Part shown: positions 40,193 to 48,340 of the stretch, in pieces
How the letters are laid out: each line of letters begins with the position of its first letter
How positions within the stretch are numbered: the stretch's first letter is position 1
DNA from: an uncultured Candidatus Competibacteraceae bacterium
GTDB lineage: Bacteria > Pseudomonadota > Gammaproteobacteria > Competibacterales > Competibacteraceae
DNA: 64,000 nucleotides
Assembly: GCA_903879705.1 (NCBI GenBank)
Contig: CAIRMO010000037.1
Location: 3,698-67,697 of the forward strand
Direction of reading: 5' to 3'
The notes under the pieces: generated by a model
What the model was told of the DNA's origin: nothing
Seen by the model: the letters and a program-made list of their open reading frames with translations, nothing else
Databases searched by the model: none
Translations under genes and position numbers: made by a program

Positions 40193-40984
40193 ATGCTGAC
40201 CCTGATCGATAGCCATAACCATTTCGATGATGCCGGCTTTGACCGTGACCGGGACGCTGTTTATCAGCGGACCCGGGCGGCAGGGGTTGAAGCGCAGGTT
40301 GTGAATGCCGTCTGTGTCCGGCTGTGGCCGAAGCTCAAAACGGTTGCCGCCGGTTATCCGGGGCTGTACCCGTGCTACGGTCTGCATCCGGTCTGGCTGG
40401 CGGAACATCGCCCGGAACATCTGGACCGGCTCGCCGCCTGGCTGGCACAGGAACGGCCAGTAGCGATTGGCGAATGTGGCCTGGATTTTTATCTACCCGA
40501 TCTAAACCCTGACGCCCAGGCTGAATATTTCGTCGGACAACTGCGGCTGGCCCGCCGTTATGATCTGCCGGTGGTCATTCACGCCCGCCATGCTGTCGAT
40601 CAGGTGATCAAGCAGGTGCGACGCTTTGCCGGAGTGCGCGGCATGGTCCACAGCTTTTCCGGCAGTGAAGATCAGGCCGGACGGCTGCTGGATTTGGGGA
40701 TTCTGCTGAGTTTCGGTGGCCCCCTGACCTATCTTCGCGCTCACCGGTTGCGGACGCTGATGCGCTACCTGCCACTGGACGGGCTGTTGCTGGAGACCGA
40801 CGCGCCCGATCAGCCGGTCAGCAGCCATCGCGGCGAACGCCATGAGCCGGCGGATCTGCTGGATGTGCTGGCTTGCGTTGCTGAACTGCGCGATGCCGAT
40901 CCGGCCACCATCGCTGCGGCCACCACTGAAAACGCCCGCCGACTGTTCAAACTGCCTGATGCCTCACCCGCACGCCCGCACTGA
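40193..40984 (+). CDS. TatD-family metal-dependent hydrolase/DNase
   Basis: 263 aa with LIDSHNHF (HxH), GECGLDF, HSFSG and ETDAP motifs. Confidence 0.87.
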   Translation: MLTLIDSHNHFDDAGFDRDRDAVYQRTRAAGVEAQVVNAVCVRLWPKLKTVAAGYPGLYPCYGLHPVWLAEHRPEHLDRLAAWLAQERPVAIGECGLDFYLPDLNPDAQAEYFVGQLRLARRYDLPVVIHARHAVDQVIKQVRRFAGVRGMVHSFSGSEDQAGRLLDLGILLSFGGPLTYLRAHRLRTLMRYLPLDGLLLETDAPDQPVSSHRGERHEPADLLDVLACVAELRDADPATIAAATTENARRLFKLPDASPARPH

Positions 40985-41726
40985 AATTCTGATTGGCGCT
41001 GAGGGGTTAGCCCGGTTGCGGGCGGCGCGGGTGCTGGTCGCCGGGCTGGGCGGGGTCGGTGGTTATGTGGCGGAAGCCTTGGGCCGGGCCGGAGTCGGTC
41101 ACCTGACCCTGCTGGATCACGATGTTGTGTCGCTCTCCAATCTCAATCGGCAACTGGTGGCGCTGCATTCGACGCTGGGTCGGCCCAAGGTGGCGGTGAT
41201 GGCGGAGCGGTTGCGCGATATTGATCCTGCGCTTGAACTGACCCTGATCGACCAGTTTCTGCACCCTGCCGCTGCCGAAGCAGTCATCGCCGCCGGTTAT
41301 GACTATGTCGCTGATTGCATTGACAGCATCGCCTGTAAAGCGGCGCTGGTCGCGGCCTGTCATCGGTTGGGCGTCCCGGTGATTTCGGCCTTGGGCGCGG
41401 GGAATGCGCTGGATGTCAGCCGGGTCCGGGTGGCGCCATTGCATCAAACCCAGGTTTGTCCGCTGGCCCGTGAGTTGCGGCGACGGTTGCGGGCATTGAA
41501 TGCGCCGCTGAATTACCCGGTGATTTACAGCGATGAACCTCGCCGGCAACCCTTGCCGCATCAGCCGGTCGGCGGCGATGCGCCGGGCCGGCCACGGGCC
41601 GTCAATGGCGTGATTTCTTATCTGCCGGCGCTGGTTGGCATCATGCTGGCGGGGGTGGTGATTCAGCGGCTGCTGGGTGAAAATCAATCCTCTCCTCGTA
41701 TAAATTTTCCTGTGATCCGACCCTAA
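40959..41726 (+). CDS. tcdA: tRNA threonylcarbamoyladenosine dehydratase (ThiF/MoeB-fold E1-like)
   Basis: VLVAGLGGVGGYVAEALGRAGVGHLTLLDHDVVSLSNLNRQ Rossmann motif. Start is taken at ATG 40959, overlapping the tatD-family gene by 26 nt. Confidence 0.82.
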   Translation: MPHPHARTEILIGAEGLARLRAARVLVAGLGGVGGYVAEALGRAGVGHLTLLDHDVVSLSNLNRQLVALHSTLGRPKVAVMAERLRDIDPALELTLIDQFLHPAAAEAVIAAGYDYVADCIDSIACKAALVAACHRLGVPVISALGAGNALDVSRVRVAPLHQTQVCPLARELRRRLRALNAPLNYPVIYSDEPRRQPLPHQPVGGDAPGRPRAVNGVISYLPALVGIMLAGVVIQRLLGENQSSPRINFPVIRP

Positions 41727-41821
41727 AATCGGGTCAGTACACGATCCTCGAACCAGCGATATCAATCGGTTGGAAACGCCTAACGGCCGGGCTGACCCCG
41801 CGATTTACCGTTATCGCCAGG

Positions 41822-41989
41822 TAATACCGTTTCCCGATAGATTTTATCTTTTTCAGGTCAAAAACCACCCCGTTCGTCATACCCGCGAAAGCGGGTATCC
41901 CGTTTTTCAGCGGCTGACTGGATTCCCGCATTGGCGGGTATGACGGAACCCAGGAGACCTAAATGCGAAAACCTACTGGAAATTGGTAT
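41822..41989 (-). repeat. MITE/REP-like intergenic repeat, copy C (inverted, 168 bp, hairpin module duplicated)
   Basis: Its reverse complement aligns with copies A and B at both ends and carries an extra internal segment of about 38 bp containing a second CCCGC..GCGGG hairpin. It generates the spurious ORF 41734..41931 and the N-terminal extension of the corA ORF. Confidence 0.8.
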
Positions 41990-42086
41990 AATTTGCACAC
42001 AGGGAAAATTTACACGAGGAATTTTCTTTACCCGAACCCCGGTTTCCGACTATTTTCCGCGCCATTTTACGAGCGGGACAAACCGC

Positions 42087-43049
42087 ATGATCAACGCCTT
42101 TGAACTGCAAACGGGTCGGCTCCGCCAGATTCCGATTGAGGATCAGGCTGACCTGGAACACGTCAAGCCGATCTGGATTGATTTTGACGATCCGACCGAC
42201 GAAGAGCGGCAGTGGGCTAAGGACCAATTTGGTCTCACTCTGCCGGATGAAGATGATTTTGGCGATATTGAAGCCAGCGCCCGCTGTTTCGAGGATGCGA
42301 GCGGCGCCCTGCAAATCCGTTCCGATTTCCTGATCGACAAGGCTGATGAGTCGCGCAACGTGCCGGTGGCTTTCGTGCTACGCCAAGACATTCTGTTCAG
42401 TCTGCACGAGGAAGATTTGCCGGTATTCCGCCTGCTGCGGATGCGGGCGCGTCATCAGCCGGGGTATATCGAAGACTGCCGGGAAGTGTTGCTGGAACTG
42501 TACGCAACCGACGCCGAATATTCCGCCGACTCACTGGAGGGCATTTACGCCGCACTGGAAGAGATCAGCGGGCGGGTGCTGAAAGCGCACCTGACTGACG
42601 AAGCTGCCGCCGAGGTACTGGCCAGCGTCGCCCGCGAGGAAGACCTGAATGGGCGGATTCGCCGCAATCTGATGGATACTCGCCGGGCCATTTCCTTTCT
42701 GATGCGGCGGCGGTTATTGACGGTTGAACAGGTCGAAGACGCCCGGCAGATTTTGCGCGATATTGAATCTCTGGACGGTCACACCTCGTTCCTGTTTGAA
42801 AAAATCAACTTCCTGCTGGATGCTACGGTCGGTTTCGTCAATATCAATCAAAACAAGGTGATCAAATTGTTCTCTGTGGTTTCCGTGGCGTTATTGCCCC
42901 CGACCTTGATCGCCAGCATTTACGGGATGAACTTCGAGTTAATCCCTGAACTGAAATGGTTATGGGGGTATCCGTTTTCACTCGGCCTGATGATCGCTTC
43001 GGTGATCGCACCATTTTGGTATTTCCGCAAGAAAGGCTGGTTGAAATAA
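42087..43049 (+). CDS. corA: Magnesium/cobalt transporter CorA
   Basis: Trimmed to ATG 42087 (MINAFELQ), giving 320 aa. Two C-terminal TM helices and the YGMNFE signature. Confidence 0.92.
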   Translation: MINAFELQTGRLRQIPIEDQADLEHVKPIWIDFDDPTDEERQWAKDQFGLTLPDEDDFGDIEASARCFEDASGALQIRSDFLIDKADESRNVPVAFVLRQDILFSLHEEDLPVFRLLRMRARHQPGYIEDCREVLLELYATDAEYSADSLEGIYAALEEISGRVLKAHLTDEAAAEVLASVAREEDLNGRIRRNLMDTRRAISFLMRRRLLTVEQVEDARQILRDIESLDGHTSFLFEKINFLLDATVGFVNINQNKVIKLFSVVSVALLPPTLIASIYGMNFELIPELKWLWGYPFSLGLMIASVIAPFWYFRKKGWLK

Positions 43050-43053
43050 GGGG

Positions 43054-43079
43054 AAAGGTCAAAGGTCAAAGACCAAAGG
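43054..43079 (+). repeat. Heptamer array AAAGGTC AAAGGTC AAAGACC AAAGG
   Basis: Begins 5 nt after the corA stop. Inverted relative to the CCTTTAA array at 43177..43211. Confidence 0.7.
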
Positions 43080-43176
43080 AGAAGGGTGTGATATCTCATC
43101 CTGAAGCACCTCTCCGCAGCCCCTTAATCTGGCACCCCCATCTATAATTGGGGAGAAGGGGGAGTGAATGTTTCAG

Positions 43177-43211
43177 CCTTTAACCTTTAACCTTTAACCT
43201 TTAACCTTTAA
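43177..43211 (+). repeat. Perfect tandem heptamer (CCTTTAA) x5
   Basis: Read directly from the sequence, 18 nt upstream of the pncC start. Its reverse complement, (TTAAAGG)n, matches the left array in 6 of 7 positions per unit. Confidence 0.85.
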
Positions 43212-43229
43212 TCGCCACAGGAGAACGTC

Positions 43230-43739
43230 ATGCCCGCACTGAATCCCGCTTATCAGAATCTTTACGAACTGGCCACGCAAGTGGGCATTGCCCTGCGTAC
43301 CCGCAACCGCACCCTGGCGATTGCCGAATCCTGCACCGGCGGCTGGATCGCTAAAGTCATCACCGATGTATCCGGCAGTTCCGGCTGGTTTGACCGGAGC
43401 TTCGTGACGTACAGCAATGCCGCCAAAACTGATCTGCTCGGCGTCCAGGCCGCGACGATTGCTCAGCATGGCGCAGTCAGTGCTGAAGTGGTTGCGGAAA
43501 TGGCGGCGGGCGCTCTGGCGCGCAGTCCGGCGGATCTGGTTATTGCGGTCAGTGGCATCGCCGGCCCCGAAGGCGGTACCCCGGACAAGCCGGTCGGTAC
43601 GGTTTACCTGGCGTGGGCGCGGCGCGGCGAGCCGGTGCAGACCGAAATCCGGCAGTTCCCCGGCAACCGTGACGAGGTGCGGCTGGAAGCCGTCGCCGCC
43701 GCCTTGCAAGGAGTGCTGGATGTGTTTGCCGGGCAATGA
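43230..43739 (+). CDS. pncC: Nicotinamide-nucleotide amidohydrolase (CinA C-terminal domain family)
   Basis: 169 aa with LAIAESCTGGWIAKVITDVSGSS and YSNAAKTDLLGV motifs. The position upstream of recA is typical for cinA/pncC. Confidence 0.87.
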   Translation: MPALNPAYQNLYELATQVGIALRTRNRTLAIAESCTGGWIAKVITDVSGSSGWFDRSFVTYSNAAKTDLLGVQAATIAQHGAVSAEVVAEMAAGALARSPADLVIAVSGIAGPEGGTPDKPVGTVYLAWARRGEPVQTEIRQFPGNRDEVRLEAVAAALQGVLDVFAGQ

Positions 43740-44256
43740 GCAAAATACCCGCCGGCTGTTTCTGGCGCTGTGGCCGGAAGCTGCCGAGCGCCAGCAACTG
43801 GCTGAAATAGCGGCCAGCGTGGCGGGTCGGCAGCGAACCCCTGACGCCAACCTGCATTTGACCCTGGTGTTTCTGGGCGCAACCGATCCGGCCCGCCTGA
43901 CCGCTTATGAAGCCGCGTTGGCCGGTTTCACCCCGCCGCCGCTGGAACTGATCCTCGATCGCTATGGCTACTGGCCGCAACCGCGCATCCTCTGGCTCGG
44001 CTCCAGCCACACCTCGCTGGAGCTGGATGAATGGGTGGCCGAGTTGCATCAGCGGTTACGCGGCTGCGGCTTTGTCCCGGAACGGCGGGCATTTCAACCG
44101 CATCTCACCCTAGCCCGTAACCATCCCGGCCCGGCCCCGGTTCAACCGCTGGTTGCCCCGATGCATTGGCGAATCAATCAAGTGGCGCTGGTGGAATCAC
44201 TGCGACAGGACACCGGTTTAGCTTATCAAGTGGTGCGGCACTGGCCAGCGGGCTAG
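43720..44256 (+). CDS. thpR: RNA 2',3'-cyclic phosphodiesterase (2H phosphoesterase, LigT/ThpR)
   Basis: Two HxT/S motifs (HLTLVFLG and HLTLAR). Start is taken at ATG 43720 after AAGGAG, overlapping pncC by 20 nt. Confidence 0.83.
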   Translation: MCLPGNEQNTRRLFLALWPEAAERQQLAEIAASVAGRQRTPDANLHLTLVFLGATDPARLTAYEAALAGFTPPPLELILDRYGYWPQPRILWLGSSHTSLELDEWVAELHQRLRGCGFVPERRAFQPHLTLARNHPGPAPVQPLVAPMHWRINQVALVESLRQDTGLAYQVVRHWPAG

Positions 44257-44324
44257 GTTTAAACCGCCGGGCTATGGAATAATCGTTGGCAACATGATTC
44301 ACCACCCAACAGAGGATTCGTGGA

Positions 44325-46475
44325 ATGGATGACAACAAGAAAAAGGCGCTCGCCGGCGCATTGACCCAGATTGAACGCCAGTTCGGCAAGGGGGCCGTCA
44401 TGCGGTTGGGTGATACCAGCGTCTCCCGTGACGTGATGACGGTTTCGACCGGTTCGCTGGGGTTGGATATTGCGCTTGGCATCGGTGGTCTGCCGCGTGG
44501 CCGAGTCACGGAAATTTACGGCCCGGAATCCTCCGGCAAGACCACTCTGGCGCTGCAAGTCATCGCTGAAAGTCAGAAGCTGGGCGGTTGCGCGGCGTTC
44601 ATCGACGCCGAACACGCGCTCGACCCGATTTACGCCGGCAAGCTGGGCGTTAATGTCGACGATCTGCTGATTTCGCAGCCGGACACCGGCGAACAGGCGC
44701 TGGAGATCACCGATATGCTGGTGCGCTCCGGGGCGGTGGATATCGTTGTCATCGACTCGGTAGCGGCGCTGACCCCCAAGGCCGAAATTGAAGGCGATAT
44801 GGGCGATTCCCATGTCGGCCTACACGCCCGGCTAATGAGTCAGGCCCTCCGCAAGCTCACGGCTAACATCAAACGCTCGAATACCCTGGTAATTTTTATC
44901 AATCAAATCAGGATGAAAATTGGGGTCATGTTTGGCTGTTTTGATTATGGGGCACGTGTCGTTTTGGCTGACGGTTCGACTGAGAAAATCGGCAAGATTG
45001 TTAATCAGAAAAAACCAGTTGAAGTCCTGTCGATGGATCCGGTAACCGGACGAATCGAACCGCGTCCAGTCGTCAAATGGTTCCGCAATGGCGCGACCGA
45101 TGAATGGCTCTACTTCGAGGCTGCCGCGGGTGGTGGATCGGGCCGTCGCAAATTGACTTGCACCGCTAATCACCTGATTTTTACCCCCAGCGGTGAACGA
45201 CGGGCCGGTGAGTTGCAAATCGGTGATGAAGTGATGGTGGCTGCCAAGCATTACCAATTGAGTGAAGATCAGCGGCAATTGATTCTGGGTGGTTTGTTGG
45301 GGGATGGATCTCTGCGCTATGCCTCAGAACAGAATGTGTCTTTCCGGGTTGGGCATGGCGAGAAACAACTGGACTATTGCCAATGGAAATGGCAGATGCT
45401 GGCACCCTTTGCCAACAAGATAGGCAAAACGGGTAAAGGCTTTGGTTTCGATACCCTTCCAATGCGCCAGTTGGCTGAATTGCATGAACAGGCTTATGGC
45501 CCGGAGGGTCGGCAGGTCAGTGAAGCGATGCTGGCGGCGCTGGATGCGCGGGCGGTTGCCGTCTGGTACGGCGATGACGGTTCATTCTCTGGCAGTTATG
45601 AACACTGGGGGCATGGCAAGGCCGAAATCGGCTGTGTCAGTCTCTCTATGGCCGATAAGGAACGACTGGCCGCCCGTCTGGAAGAACTGGGCATGGGGCG
45701 TCCCACCGTGCGGGAACGCTCGCTCCTGTTCAGTGGCGAACGGACGCAGTTGCTTCACGCAAAAATCGCTCCTTATCTGCACCCGTCCCTCGATTACAAA
45801 CTGCATCCCGATTTTCGCGGGCAATTCGGCTGGGCGCTGAATGACGCGGCGAATGCGCCCGATAGTGGTCTGGCGGCCCGCACCGAACTACGGGCCGCGC
45901 CGATGCGGATTACCCGTAAGGAACTCCGTCTCGCCGCGCCACGCCACCGGATGCGTTTTGATCTGGCGGTCAAAGGTCATCACAGCTATCTGGTGGATCA
46001 TGTGGTGGTTCACAACTCCCCGGAAACTACCACCGGCGGCAATGCCCTCAAGTTTTACGCCTCAGTGCGACTCGATATCCGCCGCACCGGCGCCATCAAG
46101 AAAGGCGATGAAGTCATCGGTAATGAGACCCGCGTTAAGGTGGTCAAGAACAAGATGGCTCCGCCGTTCAAACAGGCTGAGTTTGAAATTCTCTACGGCG
46201 AAGGCACCTCCCGACTGGGCGAAATCATTGATCTGGGAGTCAAGGCCGCGCTAATTGATAAATCCGGGGCCTGGTACAGTTGCGGCGGGGTTCGCATTGG
46301 TCAGGGCAAGGAAAATGCCCGCTCCTATTTGCGAGAAAATGCTGAACTAGCGCGTGAGCTGGAAGCCAAGATTCGCGCCCACTTCCTGGCTAAGCCTGAC
46401 ACGCTGCCGGCTACGCCTGAACCTGGCGCGGAAGACGAACTCCCCGGCGACGATGAACTGGACGCGGATCTCTGA
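44325..46475 (+). CDS. recA: Recombinase RecA precursor containing an intein
   Basis: 716 aa. The exteins are canonical RecA ([12 protein letters not shown] Walker A, ...[13 protein letters not shown] / [23 protein letters not shown]...). Removing residues 205-564 gives a 356-aa RecA. Confidence 0.95.
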   Translation: MDDNKKKALAGALTQIERQFGKGAVMRLGDTSVSRDVMTVSTGSLGLDIALGIGGLPRGRVTEIYGPESSGKTTLALQVIAESQKLGGCAAFIDAEHALDPIYAGKLGVNVDDLLISQPDTGEQALEITDMLVRSGAVDIVVIDSVAALTPKAEIEGDMGDSHVGLHARLMSQALRKLTANIKRSNTLVIFINQIRMKIGVMFGCFDYGARVVLADGSTEKIGKIVNQKKPVEVLSMDPVTGRIEPRPVVKWFRNGATDEWLYFEAAAGGGSGRRKLTCTANHLIFTPSGERRAGELQIGDEVMVAAKHYQLSEDQRQLILGGLLGDGSLRYASEQNVSFRVGHGEKQLDYCQWKWQMLAPFANKIGKTGKGFGFDTLPMRQLAELHEQAYGPEGRQVSEAMLAALDARAVAVWYGDDGSFSGSYEHWGHGKAEIGCVSLSMADKERLAARLEELGMGRPTVRERSLLFSGERTQLLHAKIAPYLHPSLDYKLHPDFRGQFGWALNDAANAPDSGLAARTELRAAPMRITRKELRLAAPRHRMRFDLAVKGHHSYLVDHVVVHNSPETTTGGNALKFYASVRLDIRRTGAIKKGDEVIGNETRVKVVKNKMAPPFKQAEFEILYGEGTSRLGEIIDLGVKAALIDKSGAWYSCGGVRIGQGKENARSYLRENAELARELEAKIRAHFLAKPDTLPATPEPGAEDELPGDDELDADL
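44937..46016 (+). mobile_element. RecA intein (360 aa): Hint splicing domain with an embedded LAGLIDADG homing-endonuclease domain
   Basis: - Starts with Cys ([19 protein letters not shown]) and ends [12 protein letters not shown], followed by Ser+1.
- Two LAGLIDADG-like motifs: [12 protein letters not shown] and [11 protein letters not shown].
- Local GC is visibly lower than in the exteins. Confidence 0.9.
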
Positions 46476-46935
46476 GAGCGCCGGCACTGCCGATCCGGTA
46501 GTAATTCGCGCTAAAGGGCTGGAATTGCTGGCCCGGCGCGAACACTCCCGGTTGGAACTGCGGCAGAAACTGATCCAGCGCGGCTATCCGGCGGAAGCCG
46601 TTGCTATCGCGCTGGATCAACTGGTGGCGGAACGGCTGCTCGATGAAAGCCGCTATGCCGAAATTTACGCCAGCAGTCGGGCGGATAAAGGCTACGGCCC
46701 GCTGCGAATCGCCAGTGAATTACGGCAACGCGGCATCCCGGATGAACTGACCGCTGCGGCGATTGCGGCGCTTGATGAGTTCTGGATTCTGAAACTCCGG
46801 GAATTGCACCGCAAACGCTTCAAGTCCCACATTCCCGCTGATGCCGCTGGCCGGATGCAGCAAACTCGGGTGTTGCGCCAACACGGTTTTACTCTCGATC
46901 AGATTAAAATTCTGTTTGAATGTAGTGAACAGTAG
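46453..46935 (+). CDS. recX: RecA regulator RecX
   Basis: Trimmed to ATG 46453, overlapping the recA end by 23 nt. Repeated helical RecX modules ([21 protein letters not shown]..., ...[15 protein letters not shown]). Confidence 0.87.
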   Translation: MNWTRISESAGTADPVVIRAKGLELLARREHSRLELRQKLIQRGYPAEAVAIALDQLVAERLLDESRYAEIYASSRADKGYGPLRIASELRQRGIPDELTAAAIAALDEFWILKLRELHRKRFKSHIPADAAGRMQQTRVLRQHGFTLDQIKILFECSEQ

Positions 46936-47004
46936 CCGCTGAGGAGATTATTTCCTTAGGATTTATTCCAGTGGCTCACCTTTGGTGAAAGAGGAATTGA
47001 TAAC

Positions 47005-47565
47005 ATGAGCGTTTTCTACACGGTCTATTTTGTTAAAACATCGCAACCTGAAATTGTTGCTAAGGCATTTAACCGCATAGAGCGGGTGGAGGATTCTGAA
47101 TGGTTAGTCTGTAATTTTGACGATAGCGATGAGGATGGATTATTTGAGCCAGATAGTGATTTTACCAGCAAAATTTCTCAGCAATTTGGTGAAGCTATTT
47201 TCATTTGTGTCAATGAGCGTGATGATCAGTTTGAGTACGAACATTCCAGGGATGGCGTTTTGCTGCGTAAACTCACCTGGGTTTCTGACGGCTGTCGATC
47301 AACCTGGATGAACGTGCAGGGAGAACAGGAGGCATGGGAAGATGATGTGCTATTTTCGGAAGAGAACTTTGCTAGGGCATTAGAGATCATCAAATATGAC
47401 GATCATCTTAACTTGCTCAGTAATCAGCAATTGATGGAAAAGCAGCAACAACTCCGCGCTATTTGGGATGCCCGGCAATATGTCGTTAATGGGCAGTGGC
47501 CTTTAGGTGATGGAACGATAGGTATGGCGATTCCAAAGTATTTTGGAATCAAAATGCCGGTTTAA
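47005..47565 (+). CDS. Hypothetical acidic cytoplasmic protein (islet gene 1)
   Basis: 186-aa ORF with GAGGAA upstream of the ATG. No recognised motif. Acidic composition is reminiscent of immunity-type proteins, which is speculative. Confidence 0.55.
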   Translation: MSVFYTVYFVKTSQPEIVAKAFNRIERVEDSEWLVCNFDDSDEDGLFEPDSDFTSKISQQFGEAIFICVNERDDQFEYEHSRDGVLLRKLTWVSDGCRSTWMNVQGEQEAWEDDVLFSEENFARALEIIKYDDHLNLLSNQQLMEKQQQLRAIWDARQYVVNGQWPLGDGTIGMAIPKYFGIKMPV

Positions 47566-47616
47566 CATAAGCGTATTAGCGCAATTATGATTACACGAAT
47601 TGGATAGGAGCGATAT

Positions 47617-48293
47617 ATGTGTGAGAATTTAATCTTCATAAAGAAAGACGATAAGGTTATAAAATCTGATTTTATGATTGCGCAATATCCAGTAACCATA
47701 AAAGAGTTTCAAGAGATGTTTGAAAAACAGGCAGGCGATCCAGAAAATGCGAAATATATTAAGGAATCAACATGGATGGAGGCTATTAAATACTATAATT
47801 TATTAAACATAAAAAAAAAGAATTACCGTTGTCTTATGATGAAAATACTGGAGAGTTAATTGATGAAAATGGAGAACGCATAGAAGAGGTATTAGAAATA
47901 GCAGGCTTTAGATTTCCAAGTTCCAGAGTAAAAGGATTTAGACTTCCAACCTCAGAGGAATGGGAATATGCGGCAAAAGGGCGGAGTTTAGAAAGACAAA
48001 CCGGTTCTTATCTAAAAATTCTTCAGGAAATTTATACAGATTGGAATATAGATACGCGATGCTCAGAAATTGAAAAAATGAAAAGCAATACTATAGGATT
48101 ATTTGGAATTTTAGAAAATCGCGAATGGTATAGTGATAATAAAAATTTAGAAGGATTAAAAAATAAAATGTGTCTTTGGGAGGAATATATTTGCAATTAT
48201 AACAACGATCTCTCCTATCAAGTAATCAGGAAAATAAGTAATGACACGGAACTAACTGGTTTTAGGGTTGCAGTTGGACAAAAAACAAGGTAA
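47617..48293 (+). pseudogene. FGE-sulfatase (SUMF1/EgtB/PvdO-like) domain gene interrupted by a -1 frame change at an A9 run
   Basis: ORF 47617..47859 (FMIAQYPVTIKEFQEMF...STWMEAIKYYNLL) and ORF 47829..48293 (GFRLPTSEEWEYAAKG) are the N- and C-halves of one FGE-type domain. They join in the -1 frame at A_AAA_AAG (47814..47820). This could be a frameshift mutation, programmed slippage, or a homopolymer sequencing error. Confidence 0.7.
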
Positions 48294-48340
48294 CAATACC
48301 ATGATTAGAGAGTAATCCACCAGAAAGAGGATGTATTGTG

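Noticed and set aside
41734-41931. 65-aa ORF (and the N-terminal 100 aa of ORF 19924..20745 and 52 aa of ORF 41931..43049)
   Set aside because: The translations (..IPAFAGMTNGVVFDLKKIKSIG.RYY..) are encoded by the repeat element itself and recur wherever the element occurs, so they are not genes.
43177-43211. Possible CRISPR or other spaced-repeat array
   Set aside because: These are contiguous 7-nt units without spacers, and there are no cas genes in the window. It is a simple tandem repeat.
44257-44324. LexA/SOS box upstream of recA
   Set aside because: No CTGT-N8-ACAG or other known LexA palindrome is visible in the 68-nt spacer. The promoter may lie further upstream within thpR.
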